Shown here piece after piece: positions 50,978 through 60,758 of a stretch of 64,000 nt of DNA (within the stretch, counting starts at the first letter, position 1; each line of letters starts with the position of its first letter). Location of the stretch: assembly GCA_002314595.1 (NCBI GenBank), contig DCGP01000041.1:273-64272 (forward strand), written 5' to 3'. Origin of the DNA: Clostridiales bacterium UBA1775 (GTDB taxonomy: Bacteria; Bacillota; Clostridia; Monoglobales; Firm-18). The notes beneath the pieces are model-generated. The model searched no databases and had not been told where the DNA came from. It was given only the letters and a program-made list of their open reading frames with translations. The position numbers and the translations under genes are program-made.

Positions 50978-51970
50978 TTGATAAACGTAAAACAGTTAAA
51001 AAGTCAATTAAAAGAAAAGACTATTAAAAGCATATATCTCTTCGGTGGTGAGGAAACATTCCTTGTAGACAAATACACCAAGGAAATTACTGATATGTGT
51101 GTTGACGAAGCCTTTAAAGAGTTTAATTACAGCTTTTACAACGAAGATAACGAAAGCTATGATAGCTTTTTTGACGATGTAAACTCATACCCTACAATGT
51201 CTGAAAAAAAGGTTGTTGTTTTAAAAAATGTAGGCTTTACAAAGCTAAAAGACTATCAAAAGCCTTTATGCCAATTAGTTTCTTCCCTTCCTGACTACGT
51301 TGTTGTAATTATTGTTGAGCCTGAAATTAAAAAAATAAAAAAAGCACTTGCAGATGAAATTGAAGAAAAAGGTGAAATTGTTGAGTTTCAAAAGCAAACC
51401 ATATACGACCTAAGGGCTTGGGTTGCAATGAATTTAGGCAGATTTGGCAAAAATATTATGCCGGCAGACGCAGAATATTTAATAAATCTTTGTCAGCTTT
51501 CTATGGAAAAATTAAATATAGAATGTGAAAAATTAGGCTCGGCAGAGGGTAATACAGTTACCAAAAAACTAATTGACGAAATGGTAAATGTGCCTTTGGA
51601 GGTAAATATCTTTTCAATGTCTGACGAAATATTAAACGGCAATTCAAAAAATGCTTATAATATTTTAAAAGGTTTAAAATCCTCAAAGCAAGAGCCTATT
51701 GCCATACTTATAATAATGTATAAACAATTTGCAGACCTTTTAATGTTTAAAAATTTAGGTGAAGAAAATGCAAATGCCGAAAGCTTTTTAGCCCCAAACA
51801 GAAGGTGGCTTGCCAAAAAGCTAATGCAATCATGCAGACGATATTCAAAGGAAAAATTACGCTTGGCAATGAAGCTTTGTGCTAAATATGACATTGATAT
51901 TAAGTCAGGAAAAATTGACGGTTTTACAGCCATTGAAATGCTTTTGGCAGAAATTTTAATAAAAAATTAA
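50978..51970 (+). CDS. holA: DNA polymerase III delta subunit
   Basis: 330 aa. N-terminal IYLFGGEETFLVDKY pattern. It follows comEC as in other Firmicutes. TTG start with AAAGGAGG RBS. Confidence 0.8.
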   Translation: MINVKQLKSQLKEKTIKSIYLFGGEETFLVDKYTKEITDMCVDEAFKEFNYSFYNEDNESYDSFFDDVNSYPTMSEKKVVVLKNVGFTKLKDYQKPLCQLVSSLPDYVVVIIVEPEIKKIKKALADEIEEKGEIVEFQKQTIYDLRAWVAMNLGRFGKNIMPADAEYLINLCQLSMEKLNIECEKLGSAEGNTVTKKLIDEMVNVPLEVNIFSMSDEILNGNSKNAYNILKGLKSSKQEPIAILIIMYKQFADLLMFKNLGEENANAESFLAPNRRWLAKKLMQSCRRYSKEKLRLAMKLCAKYDIDIKSGKIDGFTAIEMLLAEILIKN

Positions 51971-51978
51971 AAAAACAC

Positions 51979-52007
51979 TTGATTTTTTGCAAAAAGTGTG
52001 ATAAAAT
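51979..52007 (+). promoter_or_regulatory. Sigma-A promoter of rplS
   Basis: TTGATT (51979-51984), 17-nt spacer, TGaTAAAAT extended -10 (52002-52007). Confidence 0.5.
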
Positions 52008-52014
52008 ATTATAG

Positions 52015-52079
52015 CTTTGAAAACGGATAGTCCTCTGTATACAGAAAGTATGCACGAATGTCTATGAAGAAAGGAAGAT
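52015..52079 (+). promoter_or_regulatory. rplS 5' leader (possible L19 autoregulatory leader; not verified)
   Basis: A ~70-nt untranslated leader lies between the predicted promoter and rplS. Firmicutes commonly carry an L19 leader motif here, but I could not confirm the consensus by eye. Confidence 0.25.
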
Positions 52080-52085
52080 ATGACA

Positions 52086-52427
52086 ATGAATATCTTAGAC
52101 GAAATCGGCAAGGAACAATTGCGTTCAGATTTGCCACAGCTTAACATTGGTGATACTGTTCATGTATTTATCAAAGTTAAAGAAGGTACAAGAGAAAGAA
52201 TTCAGATGTTCGAAGGAACAATCATCGCTAAAAAGCACGGTGGTATTGCTGAAACTTTCACAGTACGCAGAGTTTCATACGGCGTAGGTGTAGAAAAAAC
52301 TTTCTTAGTTAATTCTCCTAACATTGACCGTATTGAAATCGTTCGTAAAGGTAAAGTTCGTCGTGCTAAACTATACTATCTACGTGATAGAGTTGGTAAG
52401 GCTGCAAAGGTTAAAGAAAGACTTTAA
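52086..52427 (+). CDS. rplS: 50S ribosomal protein L19
   Basis: [27 protein letters not shown]...[12 protein letters not shown]. Start at 52086 (or 52080). Confidence 0.95.
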   Translation: MNILDEIGKEQLRSDLPQLNIGDTVHVFIKVKEGTRERIQMFEGTIIAKKHGGIAETFTVRRVSYGVGVEKTFLVNSPNIDRIEIVRKGKVRRAKLYYLRDRVGKAAKVKERL

Positions 52428-52440
52428 TACGAAATTAAAT

Positions 52441-52480
52441 TGGCGTTGTGGTTTACTTTGTGTAAATCCAACGCCTTTTT
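52441..52480 (+). terminator. Intrinsic terminator of rplS
   Basis: Long imperfect hairpin GGCGTTGTGGTTTAC...GTAAATCCAACGCC followed by TTTTT. Confidence 0.75.
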
Positions 52481-52562
52481 AAGTGCAAAAAATTGTTAAA
52501 AATTTTTAAATACTATGGTATTTTTAATTTCTTTGTGATACAATGTATATGAGGTGTTATTT

Positions 52563-53255
52563 ATGGAAAATAATGAAAATATAATATTAGAACAAGCAGG
52601 TGAAGTTATACCACCTGAAAAAAACAAAAAATATAATTGGAAAAAGGAAGTTCGTGAGTGGGTAGTGTCTATTGTAATTGCAGTAATTGTAGCATTTTTA
52701 ATTAGAACTTACATTTTTACATTGGTTCAAGTAAGTGGCCCTTCTATGGAGGACACTCTACACACCGGGGACAGATTAGTTGTTACTAAATTAGGCTACG
52801 AGCCTCAAAAGGGCGACATTGTTGTGTTCCGTCCTGACCAGCATCAAAGCGAACCATATATCAAGCGTGTAATTGCTGTTGCAGGGCAATCAGTTGATAT
52901 TGACTTTACAACAGGCAAGGTTTATGTTGATGGCGAATTGCAACAGGAGGACTACATTAAAAACCCAACTACAAGGCAAAACGATGTTCAATTTCCTATT
53001 GTAGTTCCTGAGGGGTGCGTATTTGTAATGGGCGACAATCGTATGCAAAGCCACGATGGCAGAAGCCTTGATGTTTCAAGCTTTAAGACTGAAAACGTTA
53101 CAGACGATGATTATAGGTTCTCATTTGTTGACGAAAAGACAGGGGAACTTAGGACAGAGCCTATATATTATGGTTGCGTTGACAACGATGACCTTATGGG
53201 TAAAGCGCAATTTAGATTGTGGCCATTTAATAAATTTGGCTCATTATACAAGTAA
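52563..53255 (+). CDS. lepB: Signal peptidase I
   Basis: Catalytic Ser box VSGPSMEDTL and box E GDNRMQSHDGR. ATG at 52563 with GAGGTG RBS. Confidence 0.9.
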   Translation: MENNENIILEQAGEVIPPEKNKKYNWKKEVREWVVSIVIAVIVAFLIRTYIFTLVQVSGPSMEDTLHTGDRLVVTKLGYEPQKGDIVVFRPDQHQSEPYIKRVIAVAGQSVDIDFTTGKVYVDGELQQEDYIKNPTTRQNDVQFPIVVPEGCVFVMGDNRMQSHDGRSLDVSSFKTENVTDDDYRFSFVDEKTGELRTEPIYYGCVDNDDLMGKAQFRLWPFNKFGSLYK

Positions 53256-53293
53256 TAATTTGGTATAAAAATTCCTATTCCATAGGTAGTTTT

Positions 53294-53320
53294 GGGGCGT
53301 CCTTAAACGCCCCATTTTTT
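53294..53320 (+). terminator. Intrinsic terminator of lepB
   Basis: Stem GGGGCGT (53294-53300) / ACGCCCC (53307-53313), then ATTTTTT. Confidence 0.75.
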
Positions 53321-53355
53321 GAATGAATACAATAAATACATAAAGGGGAAAAACT

Positions 53356-53808
53356 ATGATTTCATACTGTGATGCAGATTGTAATAACTGTGGCTATGGA
53401 AAAAACACAGGGTGTAAGGGCTGTGTTAGTTCCAAGGGTTGCCCTTTTGGCAAGCAGTGCTTTATTGCAAAGTATATTCAAAATGGCGGAACAGAGCTAT
53501 ATAACCAATTTTTAAGGACATTAGTTGCAGAAATAAACTCGCTAAATGTTGCAGGATTGCCAAAAATCAAGGAGCTTGTGCCATTAAACGGAGCGTTTGT
53601 TAATTTGGAATATCCTATGCCTAATGGTAAAACTGTCAAGTTTTTAGACGACAAGGCAATATATTTGGGAACTCAAATCGAGTGTGAATTTAGCGACGGA
53701 GAGGCTGACAGATGCTTTGGCATTGTGGCAGATATGAATATGATTATTGTTGCAGAATATGGTGTAAACGGCAGTAATCCACAGTTAATACTATATAAGA
53801 GCAGATAG
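53356..53808 (+). CDS. Cys-rich hypothetical protein (DUF3795-like N-terminus)
   Basis: 150 aa. N-terminal CDADCNNCGYGKNTGCKGCVSSKGCPFGKQC (nine Cys in 31 residues, including a CX3CX2C spacing). AAAGGGG RBS. Confidence 0.6.
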   Translation: MISYCDADCNNCGYGKNTGCKGCVSSKGCPFGKQCFIAKYIQNGGTELYNQFLRTLVAEINSLNVAGLPKIKELVPLNGAFVNLEYPMPNGKTVKFLDDKAIYLGTQIECEFSDGEADRCFGIVADMNMIIVAEYGVNGSNPQLILYKSR

Positions 53809-53817
53809 GTGAAGGCT

Positions 53818-54738
53818 ATGCAAAAGAAGAAGAAAAATAAAAATATTGAAAATACCGATACCACTCAAAGAGGGGCTACTATAAATTGGTTCCCCGGACA
53901 CATGGCAAAAACAAGACGATTGATTACCGAAAATATCAAGCTTGTTGACGTTGTGGTTGAATTAAAGGATTCAAGAATTCCTTATTCCTCATCTAATCCT
54001 CTTTTGGACGAAATAATCGGTAACAAGCCAAGAGTAATTGCACTTAGCAAATGCGATATGGCTGACAAGGACGCACTTAAAACCTGGATAGAATACTACA
54101 AATCCCAAGGCATTGTGGCTGTTCCTATTGACAGTATAAAAGGCACAGGCTTTGGAACATTAAAGGCAGAAATCAACAATGTTTTAGCAGATAAAATCAA
54201 AAGAGACCAAGAAAAAGGAATGAAAAATCGCCCTGCAAGAATGATGGTTGTAGGCATTCCAAATGTTGGCAAGTCCTCGTTTATCAACAAATTATGCGGC
54301 AGAGCAAGTGCAAAAACAGGGGACAGACCCGGTGTAACCACTGCAAAGCAATGGATACGCATAAACGGAGGTTACGAGCTTTTGGACACCCCCGGTATTT
54401 TATGGCCTAAATTTGAAGATGAATTTGTAGGCAAAAACCTTGCATTTACAGGTGCAATCCGTGATGAAGTTTATGACATTGCAGAAATTGCTTGTGAACT
54501 ATGCAGTTTAATTGCCAAAAAATCTCCACAAAAGCTTTGTGAGGTATACAAGCTTGATTCCGTAGAGGGACTTATGGGCCACGAAATACTGTTTGAAATA
54601 GGCAAAAAACGTGGTTGCTTAATTGCAGGTGGGGACATTGATTATGACAGAACATCAAGAATTTTACTTGACGAATTTAGAGCCAACAAATTAGGCACAA
54701 TCGTTTTGGAAACTCCTGATGATATTAAGGGTGAATAG
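53818..54738 (+). CDS. rbgA: Ribosome biogenesis GTPase A (YlqF/RbgA, circularly permuted)
   Basis: WFPGHM, a G4 motif SKCD ahead of G1 GIPNVGKSS and G3 DTPGIL (permuted order). Start at ATG 53818 or GTG 53809. Confidence 0.9.
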   Translation: MQKKKKNKNIENTDTTQRGATINWFPGHMAKTRRLITENIKLVDVVVELKDSRIPYSSSNPLLDEIIGNKPRVIALSKCDMADKDALKTWIEYYKSQGIVAVPIDSIKGTGFGTLKAEINNVLADKIKRDQEKGMKNRPARMMVVGIPNVGKSSFINKLCGRASAKTGDRPGVTTAKQWIRINGGYELLDTPGILWPKFEDEFVGKNLAFTGAIRDEVYDIAEIACELCSLIAKKSPQKLCEVYKLDSVEGLMGHEILFEIGKKRGCLIAGGDIDYDRTSRILLDEFRANKLGTIVLETPDDIKGE

Positions 54739-54739
54739 T

Positions 54740-55360
54740 ATGACAGACATTGAACGTGTTAAGCAAATGTGGGAAATAGAAAATTCTAAAAAGGCAGAAG
54801 GCTACAATCTAATTGCCGGAGTTGATGAGGCAGGCAGAGGCCCGTTGGCAGGCCCGGTGTGTGTTGCATCTGTAATTTTGCCTGAAAATGCTTATTTGGA
54901 AAAGATTAACGACTCCAAAAAATTAAGCGACAAGATTAAGGATAAACTATTTGATGAAATAAAAGAAATTGCAATAGCGTACAGCATTATTTTGGTTTCC
55001 CATACAGAAATTGACCGGTTAAACATATTAAATGCAACATTTAAAGGAATGTGTGATGCAGTAAATACCCTATCCGTTAAGCCTGACTATGTCCTAATAG
55101 ACGGCAACAGAATTAAGGGTATGCAAATTCCTCATGAATGTGTGGTAAAGGGCGACAGCAAAAGCATTTCCATTGCTGCTGCGTCTATACTTGCCAAGGT
55201 TACAAGGGACAGATATATGATGGAGCTTGACGAAAAATATCCACAATATAACTTTAAAAAGCACAAGGGATATCCTACAAAGGACCACTATGAAGCACTT
55301 AAAAAATATGGTGCTTCGGAGGTGCACAGAAAATCCTTTAACCTTAAATTAGGTGAATAA
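54740..55360 (+). CDS. rnhB: Ribonuclease HII
   Basis: GVDEAGRGPLAGPV and the DSK motif. Start at 54740. Confidence 0.95.
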   Translation: MTDIERVKQMWEIENSKKAEGYNLIAGVDEAGRGPLAGPVCVASVILPENAYLEKINDSKKLSDKIKDKLFDEIKEIAIAYSIILVSHTEIDRLNILNATFKGMCDAVNTLSVKPDYVLIDGNRIKGMQIPHECVVKGDSKSISIAAASILAKVTRDRYMMELDEKYPQYNFKKHKGYPTKDHYEALKKYGASEVHRKSFNLKLGE

Positions 55361-55361
55361 T

Positions 55362-55730
55362 ATGAACAAATATAACAAAGTAATTGGAAATTTTGGTGAA
55401 GAAAAGGCTACAAAATACTTAAAAAAGCACGGCTATGCAATATTAGAACGACAGTACAATATTCGTGGGGGAGAAATTGATATAATTGCCCAAAAAGGCG
55501 AATATATTGTATTTATTGAAGTTAAAACTCGTAGCGACAAGGAATACGGAAGTGGTGCAGAGGCTGTTACATACACAAAGCAACAGCGAATATTAAAAAC
55601 TGCACAGGTGTATATGCTTGGCAAGGAAAACTACTCTGCAAGGTTTGACGTTATTGTTATAGACGGATATTTAAAGGGTGAAAAATTTATCTTTGAGAAC
55701 TTAGAACATATCGAAAATGCATTTTGTTAA
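55362..55730 (+). CDS. yraN: YraN-family (UPF0102) endonuclease-like protein
   Basis: GEEKATKYLKKHGYAILERQY...GEIDIIA...VFIEVKTR. The ATG at 55362 follows AGGTGA. Confidence 0.85.
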   Translation: MNKYNKVIGNFGEEKATKYLKKHGYAILERQYNIRGGEIDIIAQKGEYIVFIEVKTRSDKEYGSGAEAVTYTKQQRILKTAQVYMLGKENYSARFDVIVIDGYLKGEKFIFENLEHIENAFC

Positions 55731-55892
55731 TATAAATTTTGCAAAAATTATGTTAAAATATACATCAAAATCCCTAATTTCTAAAATTATTTGTAGATTT
55801 TTGAAAAATTTACAAATAGATATTGCATTTTTCTTGAAAATAGTATATTATATATAGTAGAGAAGATATTCGTAAAATAAGGAGTTTGGAAA

Positions 55893-57077
55893 ATGGAATT
55901 ATCGCAAAAAGCTATGGGAATAAGTGCATCGCCTACATTGGCGATTGACTCTAAATATAAGGAAATGAAAGCAGAGGGTATTGATGTAATCGGCTTTGGT
56001 TGTGGGGAACCTGACTTTGATACACCTCAAAACATCAAGGACGCAGCAATTAAAGCTATTGTTGACGGTCAAACAAAATACACACCTGCATCAGGTACTT
56101 TGGCTCTTAAAAAGGCAATTTGCGCAAAGTTGTTAAGGGATAACGGCCTTACATACACACCTGATTGTATTGTAGTTTCAAACGGTGCAAAGCACGCACT
56201 TCTAAACGCATTTAATGCTGTAATAAACCCCGGGGACGAGGTTATTGTACCTGCTCCATACTGGGTTAGCTATACGGAAATGATTAAAATGGCAGACGGC
56301 ACACCTGTAATCATTCAAACAAAGGAAGAGGACAAGTTTAAAATCACTGCCAAGGAATTGGAAGATGCAATTACTCCAAAGACTAAGGCAATAGTATTAA
56401 ACAGTCCAAGTAATCCAACCGGTATGGTTTACAGTAAGGAAGAGCTTAAAGAAATTGCTGATGTAATCGTAAAGCACGACCTTTACGTTATAGCTGACGA
56501 AATATACGAAAAGCTTATTTACGGTGATTACAAGCATTACAGTATAGCTTCATTTAACGAAGAAATTAAAAAGCGTACTATTATTATAAATGGTGTTTCA
56601 AAAAGCTACGCTATGACAGGTTGGAGAATTGGTTTTTCTGCTGCAACACCGAAAATTACAAAAGTTATGGCAAATATGCAAAGCCATGCAGCATCTAACC
56701 CAAGCTCTGTTTCACAGGTTGCTGCACTTGAAGCATACCAAGGAGACCAATCAGCAGTTGAAGAAATGCGTAAGAAATTTGAGCAAAGACGCGAATTTAT
56801 GGTTAATAGAATTAACTCTATTAAAGGTGTCTCTTGCACAATGCCTGACGGTGCTTTCTATGTAATGATGAACATTAAAGAGCTTATTGGTAAGGAAATT
56901 CAAGGGAAGGTTATTAAAAATTCCGAGGATTTTTGCTCTTTGCTTTTAGAAAAGAGCCTTGTTGCATTAGTTCCCGGCTCCGGCTTTGGTGCTGAGGGAT
57001 ATGTTAGATGGTCTTATGCTACAAGTACAGAGAACATTAAAAAAGGTCTTGACAGATTGGAACAATTTTTATCTTAA
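55893..57077 (+). CDS. Class I pyridoxal-phosphate aminotransferase (aspartate aminotransferase-like)
   Basis: PLP-Lys motif SKSYAMTGWRIG and NPSNPTG. AAGGAG RBS. Confidence 0.85.
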   Translation: MELSQKAMGISASPTLAIDSKYKEMKAEGIDVIGFGCGEPDFDTPQNIKDAAIKAIVDGQTKYTPASGTLALKKAICAKLLRDNGLTYTPDCIVVSNGAKHALLNAFNAVINPGDEVIVPAPYWVSYTEMIKMADGTPVIIQTKEEDKFKITAKELEDAITPKTKAIVLNSPSNPTGMVYSKEELKEIADVIVKHDLYVIADEIYEKLIYGDYKHYSIASFNEEIKKRTIIINGVSKSYAMTGWRIGFSAATPKITKVMANMQSHAASNPSSVSQVAALEAYQGDQSAVEEMRKKFEQRREFMVNRINSIKGVSCTMPDGAFYVMMNIKELIGKEIQGKVIKNSEDFCSLLLEKSLVALVPGSGFGAEGYVRWSYATSTENIKKGLDRLEQFLS

Positions 57078-57157
57078 ATAATTTGGGAAAGTTAAAAAGG
57101 GCATAGCAATTTATACTAAAAATAAACTTATGCACAATTTTTCCTGTTCCCACAGAC

Positions 57158-57187
57158 GGGATGTATTTGATTTACGTCCCTTTTTTA
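57158..57187 (+). terminator. Intrinsic terminator between the aminotransferase gene and purB
   Basis: Stem GGGATGT (57158-57164) / ACGTCCC (57174-57180, one G-U pair), then TTTTTT. Confidence 0.5.
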
Positions 57188-57214
57188 TTCAAAATCAGAA
57201 AGGATGCTGCAATT

Positions 57215-58645
57215 ATGAATAATGTATACGAAAGTCCGTTGAATTCAAGATATGCCAGTGCAGAAATGAAGGAGATTTTCTCCCCTGACACAAAGTTTAA
57301 AACATGGAGAAGGCTATGGATTGCACTTGCAGAAAGCGAAATGGAGCTTGGCTTACCTATTACAAAGGAACAAGTTGATGAGCTAAAAAAGTATGCCGAT
57401 GACATAAATTACGACGTTGCAAAAGCAAGGGAAAAGGAAGTTCGTCATGACGTAATGTCCCACGTTTACGCATACGGAGTGCAATGCCCAAATGCCAAGG
57501 GTATTATACATTTAGGTGCTACATCTTGCTATGTTGGGGACAACACAGATATTATTATAATGCACAAGGGTTTGGAGCTTGTTAGAAGGAAACTTATCAA
57601 CACCATTGCTCGCCTAACAAAGTTTGCAGAAGAATATAAGGCATTGCCAACACTTGGCTTTACACACTTTCAAGCGGCACAGCTTACAACAGTCGGCAAG
57701 CGTGCTACCCTTTGGATTCAAGATTTGCTGATGGATTTGGAAGACGTTGAGCATCAACTTTCAAAGGCAAAGCTATTAGGCTCAAAGGGTACAACAGGCA
57801 CACAGGCAAGCTTTTTAGAATTATTTGACGGAGACCACGAAAAGTGCAGGCTTTTAGATAATAAAATTGCTGAAAAAATGGGATTTAACAAGGTTTTTGC
57901 CGTAAGCGGTCAAACATATACTCGTAAGCTTGACAGTCAAATGCTAAACATTTTAAGCAGTATTGCACAAAGTGCTTACAAATTTAGCAACGACATTAGG
58001 TTGCTACAACATTTAAAGGAAATTGAAGAACCATTTGAAAAGAAACAAATTGGCTCGTCTGCAATGGCTTACAAGCGTAATCCTATGAGAAGTGAAAGAA
58101 TTTCATCACTTGCAAGGTACGTTATTGTTGATGCCCTAAACCCGGCAATTACATCATCTACTCAGTGGTTTGAAAGAACCTTGGACGATTCTGCAAACAA
58201 GAGAATTAGTATTCCTGAGGCATTTTTAGCAGTTGATGCTATATTAAATATTTATATGAACGTTACTGACGGACTGGTTGTATATCCAAAGGTTATTAAC
58301 CAGCACATTATGGCAGAGCTTCCGTTTATGGCAACTGAAAACATTATGATGGATGCAGTTAAAAAAGGCGGAGACAGGCAACAACTACACGAGCTTATTC
58401 GTGTTCATTCAATTGCAGCTGCAAAGGTTGTTAAGGAAGAGGGCAAGGCAAACGACCTTGTTGACCGTATTGTAAACGACAAACAATTTGGCTTAACAAA
58501 GGCAGAAATTGAAAAAACATTAAAGCCGGAAAACTTTATTGGCAGGGCAGACAAGCAGGTTGAAGAATTTATTGCAGAAAATGTGAAGCCTGTTTTGGAC
58601 GCAAACAAAGAAATTTTAGGCGATGCAGAGGAGTTGACTGTATAA
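57215..58645 (+). CDS. purB: Adenylosuccinate lyase
   Basis: Fumarate-lyase signature GSSAMAYKRNP. Start at 57215; the track ORF has 18 upstream codons spanning the terminator. Confidence 0.95.
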   Translation: MNNVYESPLNSRYASAEMKEIFSPDTKFKTWRRLWIALAESEMELGLPITKEQVDELKKYADDINYDVAKAREKEVRHDVMSHVYAYGVQCPNAKGIIHLGATSCYVGDNTDIIIMHKGLELVRRKLINTIARLTKFAEEYKALPTLGFTHFQAAQLTTVGKRATLWIQDLLMDLEDVEHQLSKAKLLGSKGTTGTQASFLELFDGDHEKCRLLDNKIAEKMGFNKVFAVSGQTYTRKLDSQMLNILSSIAQSAYKFSNDIRLLQHLKEIEEPFEKKQIGSSAMAYKRNPMRSERISSLARYVIVDALNPAITSSTQWFERTLDDSANKRISIPEAFLAVDAILNIYMNVTDGLVVYPKVINQHIMAELPFMATENIMMDAVKKGGDRQQLHELIRVHSIAAAKVVKEEGKANDLVDRIVNDKQFGLTKAEIEKTLKPENFIGRADKQVEEFIAENVKPVLDANKEILGDAEELTV

Positions 58646-59355
58646 TGTATTTATACGAAACCCATTGCCATTCCGGCCCTGTTAGTAAATGTGCAATAGT
58701 TGACATTTATCAACAGGTGGACTTTTACAAAAATCACGGCTTTGACGGTATGTTTGTAACTAACCACTTTATGAAACTATATGGTGCAGACCACTGTGAA
58801 CAGAACTATACAGAGGAAGAATATAAAGAAAATTTAGACTTTTATTTTTCTGACTATAAAAAGGCTTTGGAATATGGCAAGGAAATAGGCATAAAAGTAT
58901 TTTTGGGTGTTGAAATATCCCATTGGGGTACGGATTTTTTAATATATGGTCTTGACAAGCAATGGTATTATGACCACTTTGAAATTACAAAGATGGGTAT
59001 GAAGGAGCTTTTAGACTATGTTGCTGAATGTGGTGGCTTTGTTTCACAGGCTCACCCTTACAGAGATTCGGACTACATAGACCATATTAGGCTTTACCCT
59101 AAAAATATTCAAGCAGTTGAAATTTTAAACGGTTGCCAACGTAACTTTGTAAATAAAATGGGCAAAGCTTATGCCGAAGCCTACGGCAAGTACATTACTG
59201 CCGGAAGCGACAACCACAGGGCAGAAAACGCACCAATGTTGGTTGCTATGACCTCAGAAGCTCCTCTAAATTCTGTTGAGGACTTTGTAAATGCAGTTAA
59301 AGACGGAACGCTGGGCATAGAAGTACTGTTTGACAACAGAATAATTAAAGATTAA
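58645..59355 (+). CDS. PHP-domain metal-dependent phosphoesterase
   Basis: The N-terminal THCHS motif is typical of PHP domains. The ATG overlaps the purB stop (TAATG). Confidence 0.75.
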   Translation: MYLYETHCHSGPVSKCAIVDIYQQVDFYKNHGFDGMFVTNHFMKLYGADHCEQNYTEEEYKENLDFYFSDYKKALEYGKEIGIKVFLGVEISHWGTDFLIYGLDKQWYYDHFEITKMGMKELLDYVAECGGFVSQAHPYRDSDYIDHIRLYPKNIQAVEILNGCQRNFVNKMGKAYAEAYGKYITAGSDNHRAENAPMLVAMTSEAPLNSVEDFVNAVKDGTLGIEVLFDNRIIKD

Positions 59356-59390
59356 AACAAAACCCACTGAATAATCAGTGGGTTTTAATT
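59356..59390. terminator. Bidirectional terminator between the PHP gene and pfp
   Basis: Stem AACCCACTGA (59361-59370) / TCAGTGGGTT (59375-59384) with flanking A/T tracts. Confidence 0.8.
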
Positions 59391-59391
59391 A

Positions 59392-60633
59392 TTATTTTAG
59401 TTTTTTAAGATGTACAAACCTTGGCAAACTATCTTCTTTAACTAACTTTGTTTCACCTTGAATAAGCGGTAAAGCATATTCGATAAACTTGTCGTTAAGG
59501 CCGTCCTTTGTTTCATTTAACCATTCAGTAGGAACCTTCTTTTCTGTATTAGCAACAATGCTAAGGTCGAAAAGTTTAATATTGCATTTATATTTGCCGT
59601 CAACCATTTCTCTTTCGAAACCAACCATTTTATCTGTAACACCTGCGATTGCATTTGTAACAGCAGCTTGACCGGCTGAGAATGATTCGTCAATATCTGT
59701 TTGTGATGCACAGTGAGCAGCACATCTTTGTAAAAGCGAAAGCTCGATACCACGAACCTTTGCACCTGTTTCGCTCTTTAATACATTTGCAAGGTATGAA
59801 GCAAGTCCACCTAATTGAGCGTGTCCAAAGCTATCCTTTGATTGAGCAAGGTCTGCACCATATTCAGAAATATACTTGCCTTCCTTGTCCTTAATGCCTT
59901 CTGAAACAACAACGATACATTTACCGTTTTCTGCATAAATCTTTTTAACCTTTGCAATAAATGAATCCATATCAAAGTCGATTTCAGGAAGATAGATAAG
60001 GTCTGCACCGTTACCGTGAATACCGGCAAGAGCAGCAGAAGCTGTAAGCCAACCTGCATTTCTGCCCATTGCTTCGATAACTGTAATCATACCTGTGTCA
60101 TAAACTCTTGCATCGTGATAAATTTCCATAACTGATGTTGCAATATATTTTGCAGCTGATGCGTAACCCGGGCAATGATCTGTGCCGGCAAGGTCATTAT
60201 CAATAGTCTTTGGAATACCCATTACACGACATTCATAACCATTTTTAAGCATAAATTTAGAAATTTTGTTGCAAGTATCCATTGAGTCGTTACCACCGTT
60301 GTAGAAGAAGTAACGAACATCATACTTTTTGAAGATTTCAAGAATTCTCTTGTAATCTGTATCATCTACATCAGGGTCTTTTAATTTGTAACGGCATGAG
60401 CCTAATGCTGATGAAGGTGTGTACTTCATAAGTTCTAATTCCTTTGGGTCTTCCTTGCCCATATCAATTAGATTATCGTCCAAAACACCCTTGATACCGT
60501 TTAATGCACCGTAAACTGTTGTAATTTCTTCACTGTCCAAAGCAGCCTTAATTGCACCGTAAGCACTTGCGTTGATTACAGATGTTGGGCCACCTGACTG
60601 TCCTATAATACATGCGCCTTTTAATGTTGACAT
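59392..60633 (-). CDS. pfp: 6-phosphofructokinase, probable pyrophosphate-dependent type
   Basis: PFK family (GGPTSVINAS, PKTIDNDL). The phosphoryl-donor region reads NGGNDS where ATP-dependent enzymes have GGDGS. Start at 60633 with GGAGG RBS. Confidence 0.85.
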   Translation of the reverse strand: MSTLKGACIIGQSGGPTSVINASAYGAIKAALDSEEITTVYGALNGIKGVLDDNLIDMGKEDPKELELMKYTPSSALGSCRYKLKDPDVDDTDYKRILEIFKKYDVRYFFYNGGNDSMDTCNKISKFMLKNGYECRVMGIPKTIDNDLAGTDHCPGYASAAKYIATSVMEIYHDARVYDTGMITVIEAMGRNAGWLTASAALAGIHGNGADLIYLPEIDFDMDSFIAKVKKIYAENGKCIVVVSEGIKDKEGKYISEYGADLAQSKDSFGHAQLGGLASYLANVLKSETGAKVRGIELSLLQRCAAHCASQTDIDESFSAGQAAVTNAIAGVTDKMVGFEREMVDGKYKCNIKLFDLSIVANTEKKVPTEWLNETKDGLNDKFIEYALPLIQGETKLVKEDSLPRFVHLKKLK

Positions 60634-60758
60634 ATTAAATTCCTCCATTTTTTATTATATAAATATAATACCATATTGTTAAAATAAAATCAATTGCTTT
60701 TTAACCAAATTATGTAGAATAAAATTGTTTTTTACCAATACTTTAAACAAATTGATTG

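Noticed and set aside
53356-53808. The CX3CX2C motif prompted the idea that this could be the missing radical-SAM activase for the orphan glycyl-radical enzyme.
   Set aside because: At 150 aa it is far too short for a radical-SAM core. It lacks the glycine-rich SAM-binding motif, and the Cys cluster continues as a dense Cys-rich knot typical of small metal-binding domains. It is also 36 kb from the GRE.
57078-57214. Purine or ZTP riboswitch in front of purB.
   Set aside because: The region contains only a simple terminator hairpin and an RBS. I could find neither the purine aptamer junction AAGUUUCUACC nor ZTP-like GGGUCGUGAC / CCGCCUGGGC elements.
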